A DNA stretch of 64,000 nucleotides from Podarcis vaucheri (taxonomy: Eukaryota). The position numbers and the translations under genes are program-made. Within the stretch, counting starts at the first letter, position 1. Each line of letters starts with the position of its first letter. The stretch lies in the NCBI GenBank assembly GCA_965113315.1, contig OZ220374.1. One strand, 5' to 3'. Under the pieces are notes generated by a model that ran no database searches, was not told where the DNA came from, and saw nothing but the letters and a program-made list of their open reading frames with translations. Of the stretch, positions 25,071-37,700 are shown in pieces.

Positions 25071-25660
25071 TTGTTATGAAAACCATCTGGAAGCCCATGG
25101 GAAGGCACAACTTCGAGGGATCTAGTAGGGATCTTGGGAAGTCACATTATAGCTTTATGGCTAACAAATTCTCCCTTGGGGAAGCTGGAAGATGAGACAT
25201 ATTTTGAGAACAGAAAGCATACAGTACTCCCTCAAAGCAAAAATTGTACTAGTAGATGCACTACGGAGCGGGTCAGAGTTTGAAAGGAAGGGGAAAGGGT
25301 ATGATGTAATGATTGAAGGTGTGCTGCCCCGCTGCTCGTCCCATTGCCTTATACCGTAGAAAAACATGGCTGGAAAACACAACAGACATGTACAAAAACA
25401 GACAAAGTGTTCCTCTCATTAAGAAATCAGTACTATACTGTGACTCCTCAATGGCTTCCCAATAGCCTTTGTCTGTTTTTGTACTATATTTCAAGGAGTT
25501 TGAAACAAGGAGTTTGTTTTTAGTCATCACTTGTAGGTGACATAACTGAGTGCAACATAGCTGAGTTACTCTTCATTGTTAATGCTCAATGAATCCTGTT
25601 TGCAAAGGAGTGTGTGTTCCATCTCAAGGCTAAGTGAGACCAGCCCCTCTTCCCTTGTGC

Positions 25661-25742
25661 CTTAAACTATGGAAGAAGTTGCTGCTGGGACTGTGCTGGT
25701 GCTTAAACTATGGAAGAAGTTGCTGCTGGGACTGTGCTGGTG
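25661..25742 (+). repeat. Perfect 41-bp tandem duplication
   Basis: cttaaactatggaagaagttgctgctgggactgtgctggtg at 25661-25701 and 25702-25742. Confidence 0.95.
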
Positions 25743-26376
25743 CAGAACTCCCTTCCTAGAGGGATTATGTCAGCTGGTACTGGGCTGGGGCTTATCAGCC
25801 ATTTCGGATAAATTGTTTTTGAATTGTTATGGTTTTGGTATTAAACTGCATCATTTTTTATTGGATTGCTTCCCCCCCCCCTCACTAATACGCTATGTGC
25901 TTTTTGATAGGATTATATTGATGAAAGTGTTTTTGTTTGCTAATGTGTTCTTATTGTTGTCATCAGCTTTGAAATCAACATTGATGCTGGAAAAGAGACA
26001 TATGGATAATAAATCAAGTCAAATCCACACTTACTGGAGCATAGCAATTGCTTGAAAATAAAAGCCTTACAGGGCAAGGTAATTATGTGTACCAGCTCTT
26101 CACTTAGATTGGGAAATGTTCTCTATTCCAAATCAAAACCAGAAAGGTTGTATTGGCAAGAGTGAAAACTGGGGAAACCATGGAGGATCTCCAGGGCTCA
26201 ACATGAATTTCTCTAAACACTTACATTTCAAGAAGCCTTTGTTGCTGTGAACTGGGTTTTAGAAGAGTGTCAATAATGAATCACCATACATGCAAGAAAC
26301 ATCAAGCGCTAACTGAGTATTGTTTTGTACAAATGTTGATCCTTGTGCAGATGCAACATAGATGTCATTTGTTTTA

Positions 26377-26440
26377 TTATGTCATGTTTTAGTGAAGCTG
26401 CTTATGAGGTCATAAGCAGCTTCACTAAAACATGACATAA
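26377..26440. repeat. Perfect palindrome with 31-bp arms and a 2-nt spacer
   Basis: ttatgtcatgttttagtgaagctgcttatga-gg-tcataagcagcttcactaaaacatgacataa. Confidence 0.97.
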
Positions 26441-26635
26441 ACCTGTGTCAATCTTGGTGCAATCAAATCCACACTGATAGAATTATAGTCATGCTGCAGA
26501 TGATAATAGAGTGAAGGAGCATTAAATGGTCCCTTTAAAACATGCTTAAATTGCTGGCATTTTGAAAATGGATATTGAAATATGCATTGCCATGAAAATC
26601 ATAGGTCCAAACTCTAGTCGCTTATACAAATCCTA

Positions 26636-26872
<237 letters not shown>

Positions 26873-27199
26873 TTAGTAGGGGCTGGGGGGGGGGATTAAA
26901 AAAAAATCTCTGCTGTGATTCAAGACAAATAGAGTTGAACAACCGTTATCCGTTCATCCAGAATGAACAGCCACTACACTCCAGTAAACCACCCAGGTGG
27001 TAAACTGCATGACTTTCTCTGCTTGTATCCGGAAAGCTCCACACATGGGGTCCATGAAACTGCATGCATTTTACTGTACAAGGTGAGGTTTTGGGTTTAA
27101 CTTGCTTGCTCAATATTCTGATCGCTGAATAAGCCAAGAAATAAATGAGTCTTTTGGATAAATATACATAGCTCATTTGATCCTGCCTTGGCCCAAGTA

Positions 27200-27445
27200 G
27201 GCAAGCAAGCAAACTAGAGAGTCCTCCATTGACTATAGTTTGCTATTTCATGCTAACCATGAAAATATGCTTAATATTTACTTCACAGCAAGCCAGGATA
27301 TTAAACCATTTATGGGCTAATAGCCGTAAATAAATAAATGAATGAAAAAACCATGGTTTGAAGCTGACTTAATATCCTGGCTTGTTCCAAAGCTGTTAAT
27401 CATAGCAAACAAAGTGCAATGGAATACCTTGGTTTGCTTGCTCCC
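27200..27445. repeat. Degenerate palindromic (MITE-like) element with a perfect 16-bp inner inverted repeat
   Basis: caagccaggatattaa (27289-27304) pairs with ttaatatcctggcttg (27369-27384). Outer imperfect arms gcaagcaaac..tccattg..gtttgcta / tagcaaac..caatgga..gtttgcttgc. Confidence 0.75.
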
Positions 27446-29666
27446 TCAGGCAAAGGGGCTGGGCTTTATGTCCAAAAGACCAATTCATATCTAATATTAT
27501 TAAGACAAGATATGCTAATCTGAACATGGTCTATATATTGACAGTTGAGTTTACAATGTTATCCACTATGTACATTTACAACATAATTCTTCATTTTAAC
27601 CTTGAATATTGGTTCATTCTTCACACCCATTTTGCAGGAGAAAACGAAGGATGCAAAATTTTTCTTAATGCAACATACACCTTGAAGACTCAGATACTGA
27701 AATGAAAGATGAGCATGTTCATATTCAAGGCACAATCCTACATTTCAAGTTCAAACACCAACTCAGTCCCACACTGGCTTTCATTTAGGCTGGTGAATAA
27801 GTAAAACATACCGTAATACTATATCACCCTTGGGCACTGAGGTATCACAGTGATTTTCAAAGATAGAGCAAGGCTGAGAAAAAGATGCAATATGCAATAT
27901 CTGAAGTGAGGACTCAAGGACATTGTGCTTTAAGGCAATGTTAAAAATACAAATTAATTAAAACTAATTTATAATACTTGACATTCAACAAGGATAATGA
28001 TAATAATAATGCTGTTTAATTGCTTATTGAAGTATTTCTATGCACATTTCCCTCCCTATTAAAAACAATCAATCACACCTCGTGCAATTCACATTATTTA
28101 TATACTGAATATTCAAAACTTGTGATCATCATCAGTTACCTCAGCTTTGCCAATACATTAGTGAAAAATTGCAAACATGTTCTAAGACACTATGCCTCTG
28201 AATATCACTTGCTTTGGGGGCAACCAGCAAGGAGTACTGTTGCCCTCATATTTTACTTGTCTGCCTTTTATTGTATTGCATCACATTGCTTTTAGGGATG
28301 TATACCTCACACTCCAACAACATTTTCCAGTAGCTTTCCAGAGCATCTTGTTGATTACTATGAGAAATAAGATGCTGGACTAAGATGGACCTTCAGCCTA
28401 ACTCCAGCAGGACTTTTCTTATCTCATCCACTGAGGGTCAGGGAACACACTCATTCAGTAGGTTTGGACTTCCCTGATGCTTTGCAATTCATTTCATACA
28501 ATTTCTAATATAACTTCATTTCTACAATTCCCATGCAACAACAGAACTTCATTTTAGGCAACTGCCAGCCTATTATCAACTGCTTTCACAGAGCCCAGCT
28601 CAGGGATCAACGGACTCAGGGCTTCCTTCTCACATTGCCCTCCCCAAACCACTTTGCGAGGTTGGGGTCTGCCAGCAACTAAAATAATTTATTTTCAAAC
28701 AAACTTTTGATTCAACCAATGCTTAATGTATTGATTGGAAGGGATGTTGCTGCTGTTTTCAGTGTGATTGTTTGAGTTTTAAGGTTGGAGTCACTGATGG
28801 TTTCATGTTTTCTTTGTATCTGTAAGTTGATTTGACCAACGCCTTTGTGGAAGAGAAAAGCAGGGTATGCATTCCTGAAGAAATAAAATGTTGCCTCATT
28901 ATTATTCCTGTTCAGGCAAGAAATTCAAGTTCTGATTTTTGTGATAGTTCATAGTTCGCTGATGACATTACTAAAAAGCACTGGGTTGGGGGGAAGAGTT
29001 AATTAAAAAGTGCAGACAACAATCCCCCTTGACTATTTTAGCCACTAAGACCAAAACATCAGATTGTTCTTTCAATAGCAAAGATGTGTTTTACTTAAGA
29101 GAACTGCAAAAAAAGTATTGTGAAACTGCTCTCCTAATTATGTCACAAAACAGAGAAAATGCTCATAAGAAACTGTAGTTATTGAATGTGAAGCTGTTCC
29201 ATAACTGAGCTAGACTGTGTATTGTGTTATTTAATACAAGCAGAGTCTCTAGCAATTAAGACTCAACAGAGATTAGAAAGCTCTGCCAATTTATTCAGAT
29301 TCAAATGGCTTGCTCTCAGACAACGCACCAGAGAAAGGAACTGTTTCTTATCAGCTATTCCAAGATTTTGAAAACAAGCACTGTGATTCATATGATCCAA
29401 ATACCCCAAGCAGTCAGCTGTGACTATCTGATTATACCCATTAAAATCTATAGGTACCCTCTGCCAAACTTAAGGTCTTCCCATCTGTCTTTCAGGCTCA
29501 GTTCAACGGTCTGAATGGCCAATTGTTCTGAGTGCAGCAATTATATTATGGTTTTTAAAAAGCCCCCACAGTAAATGTGGCCACATGGTGTGCACTTATA
29601 TTTTTAGAACTCATTGCAGGACACTGATCAAGATTTCTTTATGAAACAATTCAGAGCAACTTATTT

Positions 29667-29813
29667 GAATAGCTCAGTCTGTACAGCATGAGAATCTTAA
29701 TCTCAGGGTTGTGGGTTCAGGATCCATGTTGGGTGAAAGATCCCTGCATTGCAGGGGGTTGGACTAGATGACCCTTGTGGTCCCTTTCCAACTCTACAAT
29801 TCTCTGATTCTAT
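29667..29813 (+). mobile_element. tRNA-Lys(CTT)-derived SINE with CR1-like tail
   Basis: TAGCTCAGTCTGTACAGCATGAGAATCTTAATCTCAGGGTTGTGGGTTCAGGATCCATGTTGGGTG aligns by eye to tRNA-Lys-CTT, then TTGGACTAGATGACC..GGTCCCTTTCCAACTCTA. Confidence 0.85.
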
Positions 29814-30154
29814 TATCTTCGAGTACAAAAGGGTCACCAGCTGACCAAATGAAAGATTACTGCTTACAAAGGCAAAGCATTTTCTACTAGAATTTTACAT
29901 TTGCTTTTACAATGAGAGAAAGGAGTCTTCTAAATTCTGAACTATTGGGGGAGGAAAGAAATAGTTGCAAGCGGGATTTGAACAAAACCCACCTCCATAG
30001 GGTTTAACTGAACACTAATTCCCCTCCCCACCAATCCTTTTTGGTCAAGCATTGTATAGTGCCACTTTAACACACTTGATCCCTACCTAAAATGGAACGT
30101 CTGCATCCATATCAAATAGTGGCACACCCAGTATGCCTGCCAGATCATTTTATA

Positions 30155-30156
<2 letters not shown>

Positions 30157-30198
<42 letters not shown>
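30157..30198 (+). repeat. (TC)n microsatellite
   Basis: Uninterrupted TC dinucleotide run of about 21 units. Confidence 0.95.
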
Positions 30199-30201
<3 letters not shown>

Positions 30202-30225
30202 TCTCCTTCTCCCTCTCCCTCTCTC

Positions 30226-30862
30226 AAAATACATGGTGCCATCCTGAACGTTGCAAAATTCAGGGCAGATAAAAGAAAGCACTTTTTCACACAGCACATA
30301 GTTGAACTGTGGAATTCAACTGTGGAATGCTTACAGGTGCCATAAGAAAGCTGCAGAGATAGTGCAGGATAGTGCGCACCCCGGAAATGATCTTTTTCAG
30401 CTTCTGCCTTCTGGAAGAAGGTACAGGGTTATAAAGACTAGGACTAGCTGCCTGAGAAACAGTTTCTACCCAAATGCAATTCTGGTTTTAAACGCAGTAT
30501 AAGGAGTCTCTATAGGAGTATATTGTATTTTAAAATGGGGTTTCAGAGTTTTTAGGGGGTTTTGAATGTCTTATGTAGATTTTTCAATTTCATTGTTCTG
30601 TAAGGGACAATGACAATAAAGATATCGTATCGTATCCCCCACAATATTTAGGGATGGCCAGCAAGTTGGACAGCTTTAAAGGATGGTTAGAAAAATGCTT
30701 GGAGGGGAATGCAATCCATGGATACCAGCCACAGTGGCTATATTCTGCCTCTAGTTTGCATCTGAATATCAGTTGCTGGGAATAACGTGAGAAGAATGCT
30801 GATGCACTCAGGACCAGTTTGTGGGCTGCTTATGGACGCTGCTTGACCCACTGTGAGAAAAA
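30226..30862 (+). mobile_element. Old CR1 3' fragment split by a Rex1/Babar insertion
   Basis: cagggcagataaaagaaagcactttttcacacagcacatagttgaactgtggaattca (to about 30318) resumes at about 30637 with ccacaa..gatggccagcaagttggacagctttaaa. Homologous to 19208-19527. Confidence 0.75.
30331..30636 (+). mobile_element. 5'-truncated Rex1/Babar non-LTR retrotransposon
   Basis: Open frame YRCHKKAAEIVQDSAHPGNDLFQLLPSGRRYRVIKTRTSCLRNSFYPNAILVLNAV* (stop 30500-30502) carries the Rex1/Babar C-terminal HP..LF.LLPSGRR..NSF.P.A motif. 3' end tgacaataaa(gtatc)n. Confidence 0.85.
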
Positions 30863-32869
30863 TTTAAACATGGAACACTTGTGATCCACCCCTTTGTGCC
30901 CCATTTCCTATGGGTGAAATCCAACTGTTCCCACAGTCTCAGAAGAAGGGCTTTTGACCTTGGAAAAGGTGGGGAGGGTTTTTTGTTTGTTTGTTTTTTG
31001 CTTTCTTTCTTGCAGACCTGAGCACACACACCCTCTGAAAATCAGCTCTAGGTTGTTGGGGAACCCTGCAGAACAAATCAAAAGGTACCACAGGGGGCTG
31101 CCAAGGGAATCAGAAAAAAACCCTTCCCCCCCCTCTGCTATGGGGCACCTCCACTGGATTCCACCCTGTGTCACTGGGTCAATTAGACAAGACTGATAGC
31201 ATTTAGTTGCTCTGAACTGCCAGATTTGAAATGAAGCTGAATTAATTCTGCTGTTGCTACTGAAGGAAATATTTCAAATGTCCTTACAGTCAATTATGTG
31301 ATATTTTTAGAAGCAGGCTTTTTAAAAAAGAAAAAACTAACATAAAATAGAACAGTGAACTTGTAGGAGCAAATTTGCTCATTATGACAGGCGTTTCTTA
31401 AAATGTAAACACATTCATAAAAAGCTGAGATTGCAGATTCATTTTTCCAACTCCTTGTGTCAGTCGACAAGCTAAGTAATTAATTACCTCAGCTTCCCCA
31501 GCTCTTTTCCATTCATAAACTTTTAATGTTTAAAGGTAAAGTAACTAGATAGGTGGGGGGGACCTAATGGGATACATTCAAAATACAACAACATTAAGGT
31601 TAAAAAATTAATAATTTCCATATAATTCTGCCCCATTTAAGTTCATTTGCTATTCACTCTTTTTTTGAGCATGGACTGTCATTTTACTAGCCCATTGCTG
31701 CACCATTCAATAATTATACAGGTTACGTTTGAAGAGATTCTTTTATGTTAATGACATTCTTCTCATGTTGGGTCACTCTTAGGGTTAAAGAACTGAAAAT
31801 GTAAATGAACGCCCATTAGGGTGGGTAATAGCTGATCATTAACTTTATGCTTTATTAGATCTGCCAACCTTACATATTCTAATTAAAGAACAGCCGTAAT
31901 TTTTCTTCACTTTATGGATGAACTTCCAATGCTAAAATTTTTCATCCTAAATGCAACTTATTTCCTCTCTCTCTCTCTCTCTCTCTCTCATTAAACTTTA
32001 GAACCAAAGTGTTTGCCCCCTTCCCTTTTTATTTAACTCGTTGTCTTGCTGTTAAGACGGTACACAAGGAATCTTGATTTTTTTTATTTAAAAAATGCTT
32101 TGCGTGTCTGCATCTAATCTCACCACTTTTTAAAATTCATTTATTGCTGTGTGTGTTTCTTTTTGTAAATCTACCAAAGAATAAAATAAAATCAGGATTA
32201 AGACTATCAGGACAGAGGAGGGCATGTGTGCTGGGTCCCATTGGTGAAGTGGTGGTACTCTTTCCCTTTTACTGGTCAAAATGCTTTGTGGAGGGGAGAC
32301 AAAAAATGGGGGGCTGAGGAGGGTCAGTTGTGGGGAGTGAGAAATGTCTCTATTTTCATCTGAGGAATGTTGGAGGGTATAATATTGGCTACATAAACAT
32401 ACATTTTTCTGCTGAGGTCCAAGTACATTAAAATTTGCAGTAATCTTCATTTTGACCAACGAGTATTTTAGAGCTTGCAAACAAACCAACCAAATCACAA
32501 AATCCATAGCATGTTAGAGTGTGATGCAAGCCTGCAGAGATGTCATTATTATGCTAACACTGTCAAGCGTTAATGTTCCCTTTACCCAAAGGTAGACAGA
32601 GATGCTCCTGCAACTGCTGCAGTCCTTATATAAACGTTTCCATTCATATTGTTCCTCCATATACCCCGCCTGGCCCTTTGGGCGATGCTCTTCTTTCGTT
32701 ATATGGTATTCACATGGATCCAAACGGACATCAAGGCAGAAGCGACCATTTCAATTGAGGCAAAGGTAATGGGAGTGTGTCAAGAATGTGCTACACACCA
32801 TACGGAATACAGAAGAGGTGGTGCTCTATCCGAGAGAGATTGCACATGACATAAAAGCCAGGATATGGA

Positions 32870-33290
32870 GCAGCAGGGATGGGGAGTGGGGGAGAAAGAC
32901 CAAGACATCAGAGTGCACCAAGTAAAAGAAGGTTGAAGTTGTTGCTGAAAGTAGGCTTTACGAAGGATGGAAGAATTTGGAACGAGTCAGGCAGAAGAAA
33001 ACAGAGACAGAGAAAAAGGCTTTTTCAAGCACATGGGGAAACGGTTGGGAGAGAAAGAGAAATGAAAGCAAGAAATCTTGAGATGAGTAGGTGTTGGCTG
33101 GAGGAGGAAGGATGTTGGCTGAATTATCTATTATACACAGTGAACAGGAACTCACTTGAAGGCTTCCGATGTGAATTGACTTTGTGGCTACACCGCTTTT
33201 AAGTGAACTGTGGAAATTTTGCACAAAGAAGACAAAGCCAGAGCAGGTGGGAGCTTTAAGGTGGTGAACAAAAATCTTGCAGGAGTAAAG
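32870..33290 (-). mobile_element. Ancient L2 LINE fragment
   Basis: Purine-rich antisense L2-like tract (ttcaagcacatggggaaacggttgggagaga...gagctttaaggtggtgaacaaaaatcttg). Confidence 0.45.
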
Positions 33291-33440
33291 AGAACTTAAC
33301 AGGAAGCTACCTTAACAAAAGACATGGTGTGATCAAAGGGGCAGTGAGGGTGAAGGGGGGGGAATTAACTGAAAGAACCATCAGTAGTGAAAACATCTTT
33401 AAAAGGCAATTTTTAAAAGCAGTGTACATGGAAGAGTTTA

Positions 33441-33674
<234 letters not shown>

Positions 33675-34342
33675 TTAATATTTTTTTAAAAAGAAAAAAA
33701 TAATTAGGATTAGCAGGGAGGACCCTCACACTTGATTATTCACATCTACAGCGACAGTCTACGGGAATGTGCTTAACATTATTCACATTATCTCTATACT
33801 CTGTAGGGAATTCTAGGCAGATTTGTTGGTTGGAGCAATGAGCGTGTCAAGTCATACACTATGAATTTGACAAGGTTAGTAACATCCCACTTTTCAAATT
33901 GGTGGGAAGTTAAAGTCATCACTGTTATTTCAACCATTTTAATGAGAATAAAATAATTACCAAGCTGGTTAAAAAATAGAGTACAAAGATGTCAGCACTA
34001 TATACTTGATTGGCATAGCCAGTTAATTTTGTTTTTTAAAACAGCAAAAACAATCCTATGCAAATACTGGAAATAATGAACATTAAGGAGATTTTATTGA
34101 CCTAAAATTAGCCTGCATTCTCAGAACAGTATCTGGGGGAAATTCTGCCTCACTAGCTTCTTTCATGGAGTGAATTTTAATAACCTGCACTTAAATATTC
34201 CACTGTTCCCAAGAGCTTGTCTACATAGATTTTTTTTTCTTTTGGATTAATTAACCCATATTAGTTAATATGGTTATAATACATTAAAACTCATGTCAAC
34301 ACTTATTATGGACTAAATGCAAGTAATGTAAATTTTTTAACC

Positions 34343-34707
34343 TTGATTAGGAACAGGGATTACCCCAGCATGATAAAAGCACTAATAATCTCCAACAAAC
34401 ACTCGCAAAGAGAATATTAGCTCACAACAACATTAGTAAACTAAAAGAAAAAAACTCTATTCCGTGAAAAATAAACAAAATATTTTTTGAATAGCATGTG
34501 TATGAATCATTTCCGTGAACTTCATGGACAAACTACTGTACTGAAAACTTAAGGGATTGGTCCAATAAAATGTAACTTTTGAAATGCTATTCTAATTGAA
34601 TTTTTCTCCTGGGTTTATTAATGGTTGTCATCAAAATTTCCTATGAAACACTTTGTAGGAATTATTGGTGCTATTACCATGCTAAGGTAATCCCTGTTTC
34701 TAAACAA
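34343..34707. repeat. Long imperfect inverted repeat (old foldback MITE)
   Basis: 47-bp arms at 34343-34389 and 34661-34707 (about 7 mismatches) plus inner complementary segments. Confidence 0.8.
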
Positions 34708-37700
34708 AGCAAGGAAACTCACTCTCTAGAAATATTTTTATGTCAGTGTTATTTATGCCTAAACTAAACTAAACTAAACTACTAACTTAAGTAAGTGAAA
34801 CCATTTCCTGAAACGCAAATACTGGCAGAACCCCCTCATGTGGTCAACTGGTTGAGGTTGGGGGTTAGCCAAGTGCAATTTCCCTATGTAGCAGCCGTCA
34901 TGACCAATGCTGACTTAGAGAGTGTTGCTGGAAATGTATTGGTCACCGTTTTATTTCTTTATTTCTTTATATTTTTATACCACTCTTCATGACAAGATCT
35001 CAAGGGCAATTCACAAGATAAAACACAAGATTAAAACACAAGCTTTACCATGCTGTGGTGTGTTGATATTCTTCCCATGCTAACCTAACCCCCAGTTCCA
35101 AAGGCAGCTGAAATAAGGAATAGCATGTAACCCCAGAGAGACGCTGGCCTCCCTCTGTATAAGGCAGCTTCCGCTATTCCATGTCCTTTGCAGATGTTCA
35201 CCAAAGACAATTCTGCAATTGTGGAGCAGTTTTTCTACAGGTTCCCGAGTTACATATGAAATCATTGGGATATAAGCTCTTTTATACAGTTAGATGATCC
35301 TTACACCAGGATCTTAAAACGAAGTGGGTTTCAGATACCACATCAAGGGAAATCCTGGTGAGCTCCAAATGTGGTTAATACTGGTGTCCTTAGGTGGGCT
35401 TATGGGAGAATTTGTTCCAGGGAGAAAAGGCTCCGAGGTGAGGGGGCAGGTGAGTTGCAAACCAAAGTCAGAATGGAGCCAGACTTGCATCTGCTCCACC
35501 GCCTTGCAAGGCAGTTTACTAAGGGATTACTCACTGTTGAATGACAGAACAGGGAAACAGCTATAATGGAGTTCACTGCCTATAGGGAACCCAATACAAT
35601 TCTTAAGTCATGCTCACCGCTGCATTCAGAGCATGAGGGAGCTGATGTAGCAGTTCCAATAGTTGTTTGGAAACAGCTACGTGTCTGTGGAGTCACAGAT
35701 CAGTATAAATACAATGAATTCACACCTCCTCCAAATAACTCCCATCCCACAGGTCTCCCATTTTTTGAAAGGGAAGAGACCTGGGTATAACTGGAGGGAA
35801 AGGACAGCTGGTGGGATGAGCAAGAAAGGAAAAGGAAGGTTCAGTTCTTCCCAGCTGCATAAACAATCCTTAGCCTATGCTTGTAAAGAAATGTCTGGTG
35901 TGAAGATTGCACATTATTATTTTTTCCAGAGGACTATTTCATATGTCAATGTGTTAAGAGAAAGCTTCACTGTAGGTAACTACCCTGTATTTTACATCAA
36001 CGTAGCTATCGTTATATAAAACTATACAGCTAACTGCAGTTATATAACCCTCATATTTAGTTTGATGAGTGGTTTATTTTTCAACGTTTAAGTCTACACA
36101 AATTCAATCTGAGAGACAGCGACACAAAAAAAGTTGGTGAACTTTTTGAAAGTGCAAAGGATAAGCAGTCATGAATAAAGCAGCTGCTGAATAGATTTAT
36201 TCCTTAAACCAATGGGAGTAAAAACATTATCCTATTATGTGGCAACTTTAAGTTCCCTCAGTTTCAGCATTTCAATATATATTTTAAATGAAATGCACAT
36301 CAATCTTTTTCTAATTACCAAGTGGCTCCATGCTCCTTTTGTAAACAGTAGTTACATTACGTACCCATTTATGCTCATAAGGGACCCTGAAGAAAAGGCC
36401 CCATTTCCTGCTACCCAGTACGGCTCACTGTGAGAACAATATTTATGTAAGTTGCACTATCCCAAAGGAAAAGCGTGATGGGATATGACCTAATGTTCCC
36501 AGAGTACTGTAAAACTAATAATGGATTGCAGAAATGGTAAGGATATTTATTGAACTTGGGTGGCCATCAACATAACTGTGGACAGTTTGCAGACGCTGAA
36601 AGACTGAAATAACCCTACATAAGCAGAACATGTACCACGATGATAAAAGCTGTGTTAACAGTTCAGTTTCACTGGTACCTTCACTGCAAGGAAAGGGTTC
36701 TCAAAACTCAGGGCTTGGTTGAAGACAAAACTAAGGCTGCAATCCTGTATACTCTTGTTGGAAATAAGTCTAATTAAAGTCAAGTGGGCTTACTCTTTCA
36801 CAGACAAATATAACATTGTGTTGTAAGTTAAGCCATTGGTTTCAATGGGATTCAAAAGATGACTAACTTTTTTCAGGATTGGGACTTTTTCCCCTAGTAA
36901 ATTGAATGTGATTGCATCTTAAGGGGCTTTTGAAAAGGAGCACAATCCCCTGGGAAATGCCTCCCAAGACAAAACCCACTGAAGCAGACAGGAGTCATAC
37001 AGATTGTTCACAAGTCTTGCAATGGTTCAGAATACTCTAACAGAGTCAAATTCAGCCTTTCAACCATTTCTTCTCGAAATTCACAACACATACATTCACC
37101 GTTTCACTTTGTATCCCTGATTACAAAGGTCCCTTTTTAATTCAATGCCTCATCTGAATAGGTTAGCACAGGCTCATTCTTTTCTTCTGAAATATATTAC
37201 TGAATTAGAGAATGCTTAATAGTGATGATGTTGCCAATTATATGAGCATAAAATGCATAACATATAATTAATGTGAATAATGTTATCCGTAGCTACAATG
37301 TTCTGGCTCAAATAACAATAATTCATAATGTTGAGTGCACTTTATAATAATCACAATGCTAAAACTGAGAGAATCAGGTTGAATTCCTATTTTAATAGAG
37401 TTTTCTGAACTGCCAACATTGCTTTGAGATAATGGCCTTGTTTTCACAACAATCACTATGAATGTGCTGATCTGGGCCACTTTGTCCTTTCTGCTACCAC
37501 TGGAGAAAACAAACCTTGATCCCTGGCTTAGAGTTATGTCTGAACCGGAGATGGTAGTCCTTTTCATAAGCTTTGTTCTTGGCTTACTAACTGTGGTTCG
37601 CCGTAGGAAAACCAGTGGGCCAACAGATGGAGTGGACAGAAAAGTGCCCCTTTATTCAGGTTCAAGATTAGATGTGCCTATTGCTCAACACAGTTAAACT

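Noticed and set aside
29667-29740. Possible tRNA-Lys gene
   Set aside because: The acceptor stem and T-arm are degenerate and it runs directly into a CR1-type tail, so it is a SINE head.
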